Notes: generated from the letters alone by a model not told the origin. 56,673 nucleotides of DNA from Blastocatellia bacterium (GCA_043775925.1 JAYVRW010000281.1:1-56673), one strand, 5' to 3'; counted from the first letter of the stretch, positions 19,752-30,959 are shown. Numbers and translations are program-made.

Positions 19752-20891
19752 TCAGGCATTCTGTAACGCCTGATCTAAATCGTCAATAATATCCTCAACA
19801 TCTTCGACGCCGACCGAGATGCGTACCAGTCCATCGGTGATGCCAAGTTGGTTGCGTTTTTCTAGTGGAACCGAAGCGTGCGTCATTGAAGCCGGATGCG
19901 AAATTAATGATTCGACTCCGCCCAGGCTTTCGGCTAATGAAGCAAGTTTGACATTTTCCAGCACGCCACGCGCCGCGTTCAGCGATCCCATTTCAAAGGC
20001 GATCATGCCACCAAAGCCGGACATTAACTGCTTGGCGCGTTCGTACTGTGGATGGTTGCCGAGTCCCGGATAATAAACTTTTTTTACTTTTGGATGTTCA
20101 GCTAAAAATCCTGCCACCATGCGCCCGTTCGCGTCATGTTGTTTCATACGGAGCGCGAGCGTTTTGGTTCCGCGCAAAATTAAAAAAGAATCAAACGGTG
20201 AAAGAATCGCGCCAACGGCGTTTTGCAAAAATCCAATTTTCTCGCCGTCTTCAGTGGAAGTCGTGACGACGACTCCGCCGACGCTATCGCTGTGTCCATT
20301 CAAATATTTCGTGGTCGAATGCACGACAATATCCGCGCCCCATTCAATCGGACGCAGGAAGTACGGACTCATAAATGTATTGTCCATCGCCATCCGAATT
20401 CCATTGGCTTTCGTGAGTTTTCCGATGCCTTCGAGATCGGCAATTTGCATCACCGGATTCGTCGGAGTTTCCAGAAAAACTAATTTCGTTTCAGGACGCA
20501 AAGCGGCTTCGACGTTGGCGACTTCGGTCGTGTCTACATAACTGAATTCAAGGCCGAAGCCACGCATCACACGTTCGCACAGGCGATACGTTCCGCCGTA
20601 AGTGTTGTCAGAAACGATGACATGATCGCCGGCTTTGAGCAGCATCATGACCGCATGAATCGCTGACATCCCGGAAGCAAAGCAATGCGCCTGCTGACCG
20701 CCTTCAAGGGCAGCCAGATTTTTTTCCAGCGCGAGGCGCGTCGGATTTTGCGTCCGCGCATACTCGAAGCCTTTGTGCTGTCCGAGTGCGTCCTGCACAT
20801 ACGTGGAAGTTTGAAAAATCGGAGTGATGACGGCTCCGGTCGAAGGGTCTGGAATTTGTCCAGCGTGAATTGCTAATGTCGAAAAGCCCAT
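19752..20891 (-). CDS. PLP-dependent trans-sulfuration enzyme (cystathionine gamma-synthase/gamma-lyase family)
   Basis: EYARTQNPT, FASGM, FLETPTNP, DNTF, HSTTKYLNGHSD (PLP lysine), SLGGVESL, LVRISVGVED; exact activity not separable by eye. Confidence 0.95.
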   Translation of the reverse strand: MGFSTLAIHAGQIPDPSTGAVITPIFQTSTYVQDALGQHKGFEYARTQNPTRLALEKNLAALEGGQQAHCFASGMSAIHAVMMLLKAGDHVIVSDNTYGGTYRLCERVMRGFGLEFSYVDTTEVANVEAALRPETKLVFLETPTNPVMQIADLEGIGKLTKANGIRMAMDNTFMSPYFLRPIEWGADIVVHSTTKYLNGHSDSVGGVVVTTSTEDGEKIGFLQNAVGAILSPFDSFLILRGTKTLALRMKQHDANGRMVAGFLAEHPKVKKVYYPGLGNHPQYERAKQLMSGFGGMIAFEMGSLNAARGVLENVKLASLAESLGGVESLISHPASMTHASVPLEKRNQLGITDGLVRISVGVEDVEDIIDDLDQALQNA

Positions 20892-21065
20892 AAGTATTGA
20901 TAGAAATTAGTACTACAGAAAAACAGTCGAACCAACTCGGCTGAGTTCGTGGTCATTATTCCTCATGTATAAGAAAGTTCCAAGTTGTCTTGCGCCAGAA
21001 GTCCGACAAACTTCAGTTTCTCGTTGTTTTGTAGAGGGGCATGCTCTTGAAAAGCTCAACAAACA

Positions 21066-21307
21066 GATGGTCGTTGAAAATTAAATTCGGCAATGCTCCA
21101 TCGGAGCAGTTGAATTTAGGCAGGTCGTTGACGGCCTGTAGCGGAAAGGTGAAACCGTTACCGCGTCCCATCGGGACGCTTGATGCTCAGTCGTCCCGAT
21201 GGGACGAATTGCCATTGCCTCCCACAGCAGGCCGTGAACGACCTGCCTACATTCAGCCAGCCCTCCGGGCTGATGTTCGTTGCCGGATTTAATTTTCAAA
21301 GACCATT
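21066..21307. repeat. Nested multi-arm palindromic element (REPIN/MITE-like), about 240 bp
   Basis: Outer TTGAAAATTAAATTCGGCAA / TTGCCGGATTTAATTTTCAA (19/20); middle TGAATTTAGGCAGGTCGTTGACGGCCTG / CAGGCCGTGAACGACCTGCCTACATTCA; core CGTCCCATCGGGACG / CGTCCCGATGGGACG. Confidence 0.88.
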
Positions 21308-21320
21308 AGGTTGCTGGATA

Positions 21321-22265
21321 TTATTTCCCGAAATAATTCTGATAAAATTTCCCAGCTACCCGCGCCGCTTCACTGGATGATCCATCTTTCAGGAAAACTA
21401 CCAAGCCGATTTGTGGATTATTGGCAGGCGCAAAACTGATGCACATCGCACTGTCTTCATTGCTTCCCAGCGTTGCGGCGACGGAATTATTACCAAAACC
21501 GGCGGCGCTCGCACTGCCGTTCTCGACGGCTTTAATCAATCCTGCTCGAATCACTGAAATAGCTTTGGCATTGAGCGGGATAGTCGGCGGCGTCATCCCC
21601 TGCGAAGTATTTAGAATCGTCGTAGACATGCGTTCACTGGTCGAAGTTCCCGCCGCCAAAGAAATGGCGAGCTGCGCAAAATGTAAATCGTTGGCTTTCA
21701 TCCCCAGCCCACGCACCGCTAAACCCTGATAATCTGCGCCTGTAATATTCAACGGAATCGTCGCCGAAATCGGCTTCATGGCAGTCGCGGTTGCGCTGAT
21801 AGATTCCTTGCCGTAGTACATAAATCCAATCGTCTGCGCGGCGCGTTTAAAATTTGCCGGAGGAATTTTTTTGCTGACTTCGGTGAAGAAAGAAGGGCAG
21901 GGACGCGACAACGCTTCGCTGACGCTGACTTGATCGCCTTCGTTCGAGCCACACGGAAATTTTGTAGTGGAAGTGATCGCGCCGGAATCCAATCCAGCGT
22001 AAGCCGTGATGACCTGCGCGACTTCAAATGGCGAAGTGGTGAATTGCACGTCCATCCCGTGCGCGACACGTTTCAGGACGCGACCATAATGCGGATCAAC
22101 GACGATGACCGATCCGGTGAGGTCGCCGAGCGCTTCATAACTGATTTGTCCGTAATCCAAAACCGGAGCGAGTGAACGTTGAGCAATAGGAGCGCGGTAA
22201 CAGGAAAATAAGAGGAAGGCGCAAAATGCAAAACCACAAGCGTACAACTTATTTGCTGGGTGCAT
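21321..22265 (-). CDS. Penicillin-binding transpeptidase-fold lipoprotein, catalytically degenerate
   Basis: Lipobox FLLFSC; scaffold motifs GSVIVVDPHYGRVL, LAVRGLG, QLAISLA, CISFAPANNPQIGLVVF; SxxK, SxN and KTG positions read EVAQ, PCP and TLG. Confidence 0.72.
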   Translation of the reverse strand: MHPANKLYACGFAFCAFLLFSCYRAPIAQRSLAPVLDYGQISYEALGDLTGSVIVVDPHYGRVLKRVAHGMDVQFTTSPFEVAQVITAYAGLDSGAITSTTKFPCGSNEGDQVSVSEALSRPCPSFFTEVSKKIPPANFKRAAQTIGFMYYGKESISATATAMKPISATIPLNITGADYQGLAVRGLGMKANDLHFAQLAISLAAGTSTSERMSTTILNTSQGMTPPTIPLNAKAISVIRAGLIKAVENGSASAAGFGNNSVAATLGSNEDSAMCISFAPANNPQIGLVVFLKDGSSSEAARVAGKFYQNYFGK

Positions 22266-22358
22266 AGTTTATCTCTTTAAATTTAGCAGGGGCGAAAACC
22301 GAATTTGCAACTGCGTGGGATACTACAATAGACGCTGATAAATTGTCCAGTTTTCACA

Positions 22359-22449
22359 AGGCAGAAGCCCGCGTGTCAACAAGGGCGTTTTTTCTTCGGA
22401 AGTTATTTACGGTGTACTGCTGCCCTCCTTAACAGTCGGGCTTCTGCCT
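22359..22449. repeat. Palindromic element family A, copy 2
   Basis: Right arm GCCCTCCTTAACAGTCGGGCTTCTGCC identical to copy 1; left arm variant GGCAGAAGCCCGCGTGTCAACAAGGGC. Confidence 0.9.
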
Positions 22450-22470
22450 TTTTTCGGCTATACTCGAAGT

Positions 22471-23232
22471 ATGAAAGTTATCGCTATCATTCCAGCTCGT
22501 TATGCCTCATCCCGCTTGCCCGGAAAACCTCTACTGGAAATCGGCGGCAAAGCGATGATCCTGCGCGTCGTCGAATGCGCTACCTCCGTGAAATCCATCA
22601 ACAAAGTCATCGTGGCGACTGACGACCAAAGAATTTTTGAGGCCGTCAATCAAGCGGGTTACGAAGCTGTGATGACCAGAGCGGATCATCAAACCGGAAC
22701 GGATCGTTTAGCCGAAGTCGCTGAAAAACTGGACGCGGAAATTATTGTGAATGTGCAGGGCGATGAACCGTTCATCGAAGCCGCTACGATAGAAGCTGCG
22801 CTGCAACCATTGTTGTTGGATGAAAAAATATTGATGGCGACAACGTGTGAGCCAATTGATTCCGTCGCCGATGTCATTAATCCCAACGTCGTCAAAGTCG
22901 TCCGCGACCAGAAAAATTTCGCGCTCTATTTTTCCAGGCATCCAATCCCATTTTTGCGCGCAGCCGTGCAGCAATACGGCTCCATTGAAAATGCGTTGCG
23001 CACGCAGCCAGAATTACTAAAAGCATTTTTTAAGCATACAGGGCTGTATGTGTATCGCCGCGAATTTTTATTGCAGTATGCGAAATTGCCGCTCACTTTT
23101 TTAGAACAGGCAGAGGCGTTGGAACAATTGCGAGCGTTGGAAAATGGCTTTCGGATTAAGGTGGTAGAAGTGGCGCATCGTTCGATTGGGATTGATACGC
23201 CGGAAGATTTAGAAGCAGTTCGCAGCCTGTAG
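22471..23232 (+). CDS. kdsB: 3-deoxy-manno-octulosonate cytidylyltransferase (CMP-Kdo synthetase)
   Basis: IIPARYASSRLPGKPL, TGTDR, VNVQGDEP, ALYFSR, LEQAEALEQLRALENG. Confidence 0.97.
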   Translation: MKVIAIIPARYASSRLPGKPLLEIGGKAMILRVVECATSVKSINKVIVATDDQRIFEAVNQAGYEAVMTRADHQTGTDRLAEVAEKLDAEIIVNVQGDEPFIEAATIEAALQPLLLDEKILMATTCEPIDSVADVINPNVVKVVRDQKNFALYFSRHPIPFLRAAVQQYGSIENALRTQPELLKAFFKHTGLYVYRREFLLQYAKLPLTFLEQAEALEQLRALENGFRIKVVEVAHRSIGIDTPEDLEAVRSL

Positions 23233-23302
23233 TTCGCGGTTCGCAGTGAAGGAAGTTCTCAGGCTTCTTACTGCGAACTTCTTCTCTGCGAACCGCGAAC
23301 TA
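23230..23302. repeat. Palindromic element between convergent genes, likely bidirectional terminator
   Basis: TAGTTCGCGGTTCGCAG / CTGCGAACCGCGAACTA, perfect 17-bp arms. Confidence 0.88.
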
Positions 23303-23305
23303 TTC

Positions 23306-24634
23306 CTACAATTCCGCCAGTCGTTTATCCGAATCGCCGAAGCGATCCAGTTGCACGCCCATCTTATCCATCAAAGAAAGATACAAACTACAGGCACGGC
23401 GGTTGTCGTTGCCTTTGTCGAGGTAATCAAGGACACGCCCTGTTTGTAAGGCTCCACCCGCTTTTCCGGCGAGGAGGATGGGGAGTTGATCGGCTCCGTG
23501 CGCGTTGCCGTCGTAAAGGTTCGACGCCAGCATCAGCATGGAATTATCAAGTAGCGAAGCGCCGCCTTCGTCAATCGCTTTCAGGCGTTGCGCGAGGTAG
23601 ACAAATTGCTGCATGTGAAACTGATTGGTCTTGAGGTACATCGCTTCCAGCTCCGGCGCTTTGCCGTTGTGTGTGAGGTCAAGGTGCAAGGCTCCGCGCA
23701 CGCCATCAATAAATTTGAAATTCATTTGCGAAAGATCGTTGTTGAGCATCAGCGTGACGATGCGCGTTTTGTCCATTTGGAACGCGAGGACTACGAGGTC
23801 AAGCATGAGCTTCATGTGATCGGGAACGTTCTGCGGAATCTGGTCGGCAGGACGCGGCAGGTTGGGTTGTTTGAGCGTTGGACGCCAACCTTCAAGGCGT
23901 TCTTCTTTCGCGGCGTGATCAATGCGTTTTTCAATGTCGCGGATGGATTCTAAATATTCGTCAAGTTTTTTGCGGTCGCCGGAACTGACTTTTGGTTGGA
24001 GCGATTTCGCATCGGAAAGCACGATGTCGAGAATGCTGCGATCAAGCTTGCGGCCTGTGCCGTCGCCGACCAATTGGTCAAAAGTGCGCGACGGATAAAT
24101 TTCTTTTGTGGCAGGTCTGGTCGGAGAAGTCCACGAAACGCACGAACCATACAGCATCGAAAGCCCGTCTTCGAGGCGCAATTCGTTCGGTTCAACTCCG
24201 AGTACCAGACTTGGCACAGCGGTCTGATTTCCGATGCGCTGCGCGAGAATCTGGTCAAACGAAGTCCCGACGCGAATGTCGTTCGGGTCAGAACTGACGA
24301 GCGCTCCCGACAATAAATTCATTCGCCCCAGATGCGGGCTGGTCGAAGTGAAAGCTTTCTGATGGTACAACCCTTTCAGAAAAATTAAATCTTCACGGAT
24401 CGCCGTTAAGGGCTGCGCGGAGGGTCCAAATTCCATGACCGCGCCGCTACCCTTCGCCCACCAGTTGGCAGGTTTGATGCCGTTCGACCAATAGACATGC
24501 GCAAAACGGATCGGAGGTTTATTCGCTTTGTTGTCCTGTGCAAAGAGCGGCAAAGATTCCAGCCAGGGAAGCGTAAGCGCTACACCTGCGCCGCGCAGAA
24601 AATTACGTCGAGATTTTTGGTTGGTGATTTTCAT
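23306..24634 (-). CDS. DUF1552-family protein with Tat signal
   Basis: [21 protein letters not shown]; SFDQILA..IG..T..PSLVLG; [15 protein letters not shown]; SLLDNSM; LPILLAG. Confidence 0.88.
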   Translation of the reverse strand: MKITNQKSRRNFLRGAGVALTLPWLESLPLFAQDNKANKPPIRFAHVYWSNGIKPANWWAKGSGAVMEFGPSAQPLTAIREDLIFLKGLYHQKAFTSTSPHLGRMNLLSGALVSSDPNDIRVGTSFDQILAQRIGNQTAVPSLVLGVEPNELRLEDGLSMLYGSCVSWTSPTRPATKEIYPSRTFDQLVGDGTGRKLDRSILDIVLSDAKSLQPKVSSGDRKKLDEYLESIRDIEKRIDHAAKEERLEGWRPTLKQPNLPRPADQIPQNVPDHMKLMLDLVVLAFQMDKTRIVTLMLNNDLSQMNFKFIDGVRGALHLDLTHNGKAPELEAMYLKTNQFHMQQFVYLAQRLKAIDEGGASLLDNSMLMLASNLYDGNAHGADQLPILLAGKAGGALQTGRVLDYLDKGNDNRRACSLYLSLMDKMGVQLDRFGDSDKRLAEL

Positions 24635-24659
24635 AAAATTAGTGCTTTAAATTGAATAT

Positions 24660-24740
24660 TTCAACGCAAAGGATCAAAGGAACAAGGTGACAAGGGATAG
24701 TAGCAGAAATTCTTTGCCCCCTTTGACTCTTTGCGTTGAA
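24660..24740. repeat. Palindromic element family B, copy 1
   Basis: TCAACGCAAAGGATCAAAGG ... CCTTTGACTCTTTGCGTTGA; related to 48342-48427. Confidence 0.82.
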
Positions 24741-24761
24741 GATTTTACTCACAGAAACCAT

Positions 24762-27700
24762 CTATCGCAGTGCAATCTTTGTTTTTGCTGGTAATTCTGG
24801 TGGATTTTCTTCTCTTCCTAAACGATTTCTGAATTGCTTACTGGTTACAATCTCTGAAACCAGTTGCGAAAATGTAGCTTCGCCGCCAGCTTTCACCATC
24901 CGCTCAATCAACAATTGATCTGATGCCTGGACGGTGCGTCCGAGCGCGTAGCCGACCAGTTTATACGAAAGGGTTTTACGAATTTGTGGTTCTTTAGATT
25001 TTAAATATTTGACTAATCCGTCAATGCCAGCGATCTCGGTTTTGTCGGGGAGCGCGGCAGAATCTTCGATTTGTTTTCCGTCGGAATAGGTATCGCGCCA
25101 GCGTCCCATGGAATCATATTTTTCTAATGAAAAGCCCAGCGGATCAATTCTTGTATGGCAATTCGCGCACGACGCATTGCGTTTGTGTTGCTCCAGTTTT
25201 GCTTTCAATGACAGCCCGCCAAACATTTTTTCATCCGCCGGAAGCGAGCCAGCATCCGCTGGCGGAGGCGGCGTTGGCGTTCCCAGAATTCGTCGCAAAA
25301 TCCAGTCTCCGCGTTTGACGGGACTGGTGCGCAAGGGTGCGGAAGTGGTTGTCAGGACGGCACCGAGTCGCAACAATCCGCCGCGATGAAAGGCGTTGGC
25401 TCCATCAACGTATTCGGGTTGATCGGTGGCATTGATTTCTTTTTTGACACCGTAAAATTTCGCCAAATCTTTGTTCAGAAAAGTGTAGTCGGCGAACAGG
25501 ATTTCACTTACCGGACGATCTTTGCGAATCACATGCTCAAAGAACGAAACGGCTTCGTCGTACATCGCTTCTTTCACGTCATCGGTGAATTCTTTAAAGC
25601 GACCTGAATCTACGCCGGTGTATTTATCGAAATGATAGAAGCCCAGCCACTGCCCGAAAAATTCGGTTGAGAGCCGTCGAGCTTTCGGATCGGCTAACAT
25701 GCGTTTGACTTGCCGTTGGATGCCTTCATCGCTCGTCAGTTCACGCGCATTCGCGGCACGTCGCAATTCATTATCGGGAATCGAAGACCAGAGAAAATAA
25801 CTCAGCCGACTCGCCATTTCATGATTCGTCAGCGGTTTGACATCAGGCGCGAAAGAGACTGTCTTTATTGGTGATTCGTTCGCTGCCTGCTCGACGCGAT
25901 ACAGAAATTGTGGAGCGATGAGGATGCGCATCAACAACGCCCGAATTGCTTTGCTGTGATCGGGATCGGCGTTCAGCACTTTGTCGTAAAATGCCCGCAG
26001 GCTCAGCTTTTCTTTTTCACTCAACGGACGACGCCACGCACGGCTGGCGAATTCAAGACAATCGTTGATGTGTCCCGGACGTGCTGCGACCTGTGCCGCA
26101 TTTACTGTGTCATATTCGCGCCGCAACGGGGTCACATACTTTTGCATCTCAGCGGGCAAGGCTGCGATTTGCGCTTTATTCATGTCGGCAATGCCTTTGC
26201 CTTTCAGGTCAAAAGAATAATGCCTGGCAAGCAGGCGCAGATAACTGTCGTGATATTCAAACGAAGCGTAAAGATCGTTCCAGGCGTGATTCAGCTTAAC
26301 TTTTGTAGCTGGGTCAATGAGGTTGTCTACGACAAATTTATCATCGCGGATATATTTTACCTTCACTACGAATTCGTCGTGTTCAGGAACGTTGTAGGTG
26401 TTATCGAATGGCTCCGGCACGGGGTCTTTATCCGCTGGCGTTGGTTCGCCGTGTGTGTTTGGAGGCAGTATTGATGCGTATTCCGTGATACCTGCTCGGA
26501 AATTCTGGTAGCCTGCGCTTTTCATGTCTCCGATGAGCGCACGGGTTGGTTGTCCTCTGGTTTGCCCGTCAGCGCGGTCAGAAATTACGATGCGGACAAC
26601 CTGATCCCGATTGGCGCCGATTTCTGCGTCAATGTACATATTCAGGAGGGTCGGTTTTTCCGGCATCGGAACCTCAAACATGACGGAACCTTCTGAGGCG
26701 AAATCGTCAGGGCCAAGCGGCGTACCGTCAGGGCTTTTACCAAAATTTAAGCGCTGCGCCGTTTCTGGGCTGACAATATCTTTTAATTTTTTACGTTCGC
26801 CTGGAGGCAGAATTCCACGTCGTAAATTCGCCGCAGCTTCTACGTCTTGCGCGAGTACGACGACGGATTCTCCGGCGGCGACAGTGCCGCGAGGAACGAT
26901 AGGACGATACCCAACCGTGACGTTGCGCCAAATAACGACGGGCTTATCGCCCATTGCTGGATTCACGGTGGAGACATTCAAATAGATTTTTGCCGGCCCT
27001 GATTGAATTGGTCCACGTCCCGCGCCGCGCACGTAGGCGAACCGATGCGGGACTTTTACATTGAGCGTTCGATCACTGAATTCGAGCGGACTTTCGTCGC
27101 CTGCGCCACCGGCGGCGACATCTCCACGGGCGAACAACCAGCTTGGCCACGTCACCATGAATTTTTGAATTTCATCACAGCCAGCGCGAGCAAGAGCCGT
27201 ATTTTTGTTGTCAGGCGGCGGCAACTTGCACCAGCGTGCAGCAATTTCTGACGACGGATATTTCAGCGCAGGATTGTTGACGACTTGCCAGATATGTTGC
27301 GCAAAGCGAAGCGAAATTCCTTCCCGTTCGGCTAGTTTTTTCAAAGTAGTGTTGGGTTCACCAAGCGCGGTGCGGTTTTTGAATTGCCACGCAACAAATA
27401 ACGCTTTGCCGTATTTATCCAATCCGAATGGTTTTCCACCTTCGCCTGAAACGGTACGGATTCCATTCGCGGCATAAATATCTTTGATGCGCGTCACGGC
27501 GGCGAGTTCAAATCCGGTTTTGCCGGGATGCGTGAAAAAATCGAGCGGGCCGGAACCGATGACAGCATGGTCGGCGACAGTTTTTGCGGCTCCGAGATAG
27601 CGTTCAAGATTCGCATCCTGCATGAATTGCACGTCGCCAAAATTAGTGAAACCTTCGCCGCCGACAGAATCACTCGAAGAGTCAATCCCGACTTCCAAAT

Positions 27701-28184
27701 CAACTCCGGTCAGGTCTTTGATGGTGTAAGCGTATTCGCCACTGGTTAATCTCCTCACGGTAACTTTGCCCGGATCGCCATCGTGTTTTTCGGCGTAGGC
27801 GCTAAGCTCTCCGCGAATCCAGGCGATGGCCTGCGCTCGTTCAGCGTCGCTGGGCTGCGGCATGGATTTTGGCGGCATCGTTTTTTGTTCAAGTGCGGTA
27901 GCGATTTTTTCCCACTGTTTGAAGCTTTCACCCACTGAGGGGGCCGCCATTAGTTTTTCGAGATTGACACCGGCTTTCGCGGCAGTTCCGCTGTGGCATT
28001 GCAGGCAATATTGCGTAAATATTGCTTGTGCGGTGGTGGGCGCCTGCCTGGCCCCATGCGTCGTTCTGACCACGCTGATAGCGAAGATCAAGGTGAGCAG
28101 GATTAAGACTGCTTTCCAGGGACGCGATTTATTTCCCGTCAACTGACGAAGAGTAAAAATTTCTTTGTTATTCTCGAACCTCAT
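24762..28184 (-). CDS. Planctomycete-type cytochrome c + DUF1587/1595/1592/1588/1585 (PSD) protein
   Basis: CLQCH heme motif near N-terminus; VRRLTSGEY; [16 protein letters not shown]; [17 protein letters not shown]; [17 protein letters not shown]; start set at 28184 (SD GAGGA) rather than track start 28295. Confidence 0.88.
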   Translation of the reverse strand: MRFENNKEIFTLRQLTGNKSRPWKAVLILLTLIFAISVVRTTHGARQAPTTAQAIFTQYCLQCHSGTAAKAGVNLEKLMAAPSVGESFKQWEKIATALEQKTMPPKSMPQPSDAERAQAIAWIRGELSAYAEKHDGDPGKVTVRRLTSGEYAYTIKDLTGVDLEVGIDSSSDSVGGEGFTNFGDVQFMQDANLERYLGAAKTVADHAVIGSGPLDFFTHPGKTGFELAAVTRIKDIYAANGIRTVSGEGGKPFGLDKYGKALFVAWQFKNRTALGEPNTTLKKLAEREGISLRFAQHIWQVVNNPALKYPSSEIAARWCKLPPPDNKNTALARAGCDEIQKFMVTWPSWLFARGDVAAGGAGDESPLEFSDRTLNVKVPHRFAYVRGAGRGPIQSGPAKIYLNVSTVNPAMGDKPVVIWRNVTVGYRPIVPRGTVAAGESVVVLAQDVEAAANLRRGILPPGERKKLKDIVSPETAQRLNFGKSPDGTPLGPDDFASEGSVMFEVPMPEKPTLLNMYIDAEIGANRDQVVRIVISDRADGQTRGQPTRALIGDMKSAGYQNFRAGITEYASILPPNTHGEPTPADKDPVPEPFDNTYNVPEHDEFVVKVKYIRDDKFVVDNLIDPATKVKLNHAWNDLYASFEYHDSYLRLLARHYSFDLKGKGIADMNKAQIAALPAEMQKYVTPLRREYDTVNAAQVAARPGHINDCLEFASRAWRRPLSEKEKLSLRAFYDKVLNADPDHSKAIRALLMRILIAPQFLYRVEQAANESPIKTVSFAPDVKPLTNHEMASRLSYFLWSSIPDNELRRAANARELTSDEGIQRQVKRMLADPKARRLSTEFFGQWLGFYHFDKYTGVDSGRFKEFTDDVKEAMYDEAVSFFEHVIRKDRPVSEILFADYTFLNKDLAKFYGVKKEINATDQPEYVDGANAFHRGGLLRLGAVLTTTSAPLRTSPVKRGDWILRRILGTPTPPPPADAGSLPADEKMFGGLSLKAKLEQHKRNASCANCHTRIDPLGFSLEKYDSMGRWRDTYSDGKQIEDSAALPDKTEIAGIDGLVKYLKSKEPQIRKTLSYKLVGYALGRTVQASDQLLIERMVKAGGEATFSQLVSEIVTSKQFRNRLGREENPPELPAKTKIALR

Positions 28185-28468
28185 GGTGACCAATCCTCGC
28201 AATAAAATACTATTCGGAAGCCTCTGGCTCCTGATTAAATGCATTTTATACCAATTTGAAGTTGACTCTGAATCTTTGCCTTTAGAAGTGATCAAAGCTC
28301 ACTTAATTTATACGATGGGTTAAGATTTTTGAATCAATCAACGAATAGAGATTTTGCGCTTGGAATTAGTTTGAGTCAACTACTAACTCAGCTTAGCTGG
28401 AAGGAAATTCATTACTCACAAGAAAATCCAATGAACAATGAGATCCGTCCGGCCTTGGGAACGTGAAA

Positions 28469-29143
28469 TTAGCGGTTGAGAATCTTCAATTGATTATTCA
28501 CTTGAGTGACCTGCGGGAAGTTGTGAACTATCTGCTCAAGCTGCGAACGGATTTGCTCATTGGCGACGGAGCCATTGAGAGTCACGACTTTATTTTTAAT
28601 CTTAATGGTTATGGTGGCATTGGCGAGATCAGGCATTGACGAGATTTTTTCCTTTAAATTGGCCTCCAATTCAAAATCTTCAACATTAATGGGAAAGCTT
28701 GACGGCGATACTTCCTGATTGGTTCTGATTGCCGCCGGAAGAATACTGAGGTTGTTCGTAACGGTGGTAACCCCCGGAGTTTGAAGCACTAATTGTCCGG
28801 CTAAGTCTTTATCAATTGGCGTCGGCACTTCGCCGGTGATATTGACGGCTCCATCCTTGCATTCAACGCCGATGCTGTAACCGTGTAGCCGTTTGGATTG
28901 ACCGAGCACCGCTTTGGTTCGACCCATCAGGGAAATGTCATTTTTGTAACGTTCAGCCTCGCCTGCCCTGGCAGCGGTTCGGGTGAATTTTTCCGGCAGC
29001 GGCTGACTTCGATTGACTGATAAAAAGTAATAACTGACGAGGAAAAAAAGGACGATAGACAGCGACAACGCCAGGATTCGTAATCCGATATTGATACCAT
29101 GTTCATTGGGCTTTCGTAGTAGTAAGAATAATAGCTTCATCAT
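28469..29143 (-). CDS. Membrane-anchored two-BON-domain protein
   Basis: N-terminal TM; GAVNITGEV...PGVTTVTNNL and VVTLNGSV...PQVTQVNNQL. Confidence 0.88.
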   Translation of the reverse strand: MMKLLFLLLRKPNEHGINIGLRILALSLSIVLFFLVSYYFLSVNRSQPLPEKFTRTAARAGEAERYKNDISLMGRTKAVLGQSKRLHGYSIGVECKDGAVNITGEVPTPIDKDLAGQLVLQTPGVTTVTNNLSILPAAIRTNQEVSPSSFPINVEDFELEANLKEKISSMPDLANATITIKIKNKVVTLNGSVANEQIRSQLEQIVHNFPQVTQVNNQLKILNR

Positions 29144-29423
29144 CTTGGGACAGCAGTTTGAGTGAAATTAATTAATTTTTCGCGGGCAAATTAAAAGCTT
29201 CAGTTATGTAATTGATGATGGAAGCAAAGGTTCCATCTCATTCGTCAGTTTTGCCGGCTGGAATGATGGTTACTTTGAGAGACGCACAAAGTGTGAAGAT
29301 TTTATGCAATTGCACCGATAAATGCCAGCCGGAAGCCACCGCTTGAAACGATTCGTTTTTTGACTAAAGTGCGGCGCACAGGTACTATCAGTCATCAATT
29401 TAACGATCCCTTAAACCTGACGC

Positions 29424-30950
29424 ATGAAACTGACCTACTCAATTCCAATTCGAGCCAAATTGGTTTTGATTATTCTGGTGTTTGCACTCCTCCCGATGTT
29501 TGCCCTGACTTTGGTTTGGTATAACACGGCGGTTGGCAGCGTTTCGACGCTGGTCAGAAATTCTTTGGATTTGAGAGCCAGAGAAGTGAGCAATCAACTG
29601 ACCCGTTTGAGTAAAGATCATCCGACCGAAATACGGGCTGATGTTTTGGAACATGCCGTTGGCCCTCGGACTGTCGCCTTAACAAAAAACTCGCTTCCGT
29701 TGGATGAGCAAGCGGTGCCCTCACAGCGTGAGGTCTTGATTCTTGATACGAATGAAATGGTGCTCTATGCCGGTCATCGAAGCTGGGAAGGGAAATTGGC
29801 GACAGAGGTTGCCCCGGCGAATTTGACAGGAATCCTGAACAGAATGATGCGCGGTAGCGATGATCCGCAACGATTTTTGACGTTAGTTCGTAAGGAAACT
29901 CCCGATCGTTTTTTATGGGAGGGACAGTATTGGCGGATTCGGTATTTTCAACATCCTGGAGCCGTCCCGTTATCAATTTTTGTCATTGAAAAAGACACGG
30001 GCCGGGAGCAGCTTGATCTGGCGGCGTTCAGTATGCTCGGCATTACGATTGTTCTGGCGATTGTGGCTTTGCTGTTGGTTTTTCTGATTATCAGCGGCAT
30101 TACAGACTCAATCCGAATTGTGACACGGGGAGCCAAAGCGATCAGCGCCGGAAAACTTGATACCATATTGGTGGTCAAAAGTAATGATGAAACGCGGGTG
30201 CTGGCTGATACTTTTAATCGAATGGCAGGACGTTTGCGGGAAATGATTGCGCGTGAAAGTGAATTAAAGCAGTTTGAGTCCTTCAACCGATTATCGGCGG
30301 TACTCACGCATGATTTGAAAAACGCTATTCTTTCGCTCTCGTTTCTGGTGACGAACATGGAGCGCAAATTTGACCGCGAAGGCTTCAAGGAGTCTGCGAT
30401 GCGGACGCTGGCTGATTCCGTGGCAAATTTGCGCAATCTGGTGACGAAACTGTCTGATCCGCGCTCAGAGTTAGGCGAAGAAAGGCGGGGCGAAAATCTG
30501 ACGCGCCTGACTGAAAATGTGCTGGCTCGAAGTTCGGTAAACTCCAGTGAAAGGTATCAGATTGCCACAGAATGGAATGCACAGGTTAGCTCCATCGTGA
30601 ACGCTTCAGCGCTTGAACGTGTCGTGGAAAATTTGATTATTAATGCTTTTGAGGCGATGCCTGGAGGTGGGAAGATCTTTATTAAAACCTCGCAGGAGGG
30701 CGAGCGGGCCATCATCAGTGTCCGAGATACTGGCAAAGGGATGACGCCGGAATTCATGAAGGATCGGCTCTTTCATCCGTTTGCTACCACGAAGCAAAAA
30801 GGAATTGGCTTAGGGCTTTTTTCCTGCCGCGACATTATTGAGCAACACGGTGGAGCCATCGAAGTTGAAAGTCAACAGGAGGTCGGAACAGAGTTTCGGA
30901 TCGTATTACCTGCGCAAAATTTCGCCTTGTCGGCAACGGGTCAAGAATGA
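29424..30950 (+). CDS. HAMP sensor histidine kinase with PrsK-like kinase core
   Basis: Two TMs, HAMP (DETRVLADTFNRMAGRL), H-box QFESFNRLSAVLTHDLKN, N-box NLIINAFEAM, G1 DTGKGM, F-box LFHPFATTK, G2 GIGLGL. Confidence 0.92.
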   Translation: MKLTYSIPIRAKLVLIILVFALLPMFALTLVWYNTAVGSVSTLVRNSLDLRAREVSNQLTRLSKDHPTEIRADVLEHAVGPRTVALTKNSLPLDEQAVPSQREVLILDTNEMVLYAGHRSWEGKLATEVAPANLTGILNRMMRGSDDPQRFLTLVRKETPDRFLWEGQYWRIRYFQHPGAVPLSIFVIEKDTGREQLDLAAFSMLGITIVLAIVALLLVFLIISGITDSIRIVTRGAKAISAGKLDTILVVKSNDETRVLADTFNRMAGRLREMIARESELKQFESFNRLSAVLTHDLKNAILSLSFLVTNMERKFDREGFKESAMRTLADSVANLRNLVTKLSDPRSELGEERRGENLTRLTENVLARSSVNSSERYQIATEWNAQVSSIVNASALERVVENLIINAFEAMPGGGKIFIKTSQEGERAIISVRDTGKGMTPEFMKDRLFHPFATTKQKGIGLGLFSCRDIIEQHGGAIEVESQQEVGTEFRIVLPAQNFALSATGQE

Positions 30951-30959
30951 TTTTTAATT

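Noticed and set aside
20892-21060. SAM riboswitch upstream of the trans-sulfuration gene
   Set aside because: No SAM-I core or SAM-II motif recognisable on the minus strand; only a small hairpin
29312-29327. Sigma-54 promoter for the BON gene (TGGCATTTATCGGTGC on minus)
   Set aside because: GG-to-GC spacing is one base longer than the strict -24/-12 requirement
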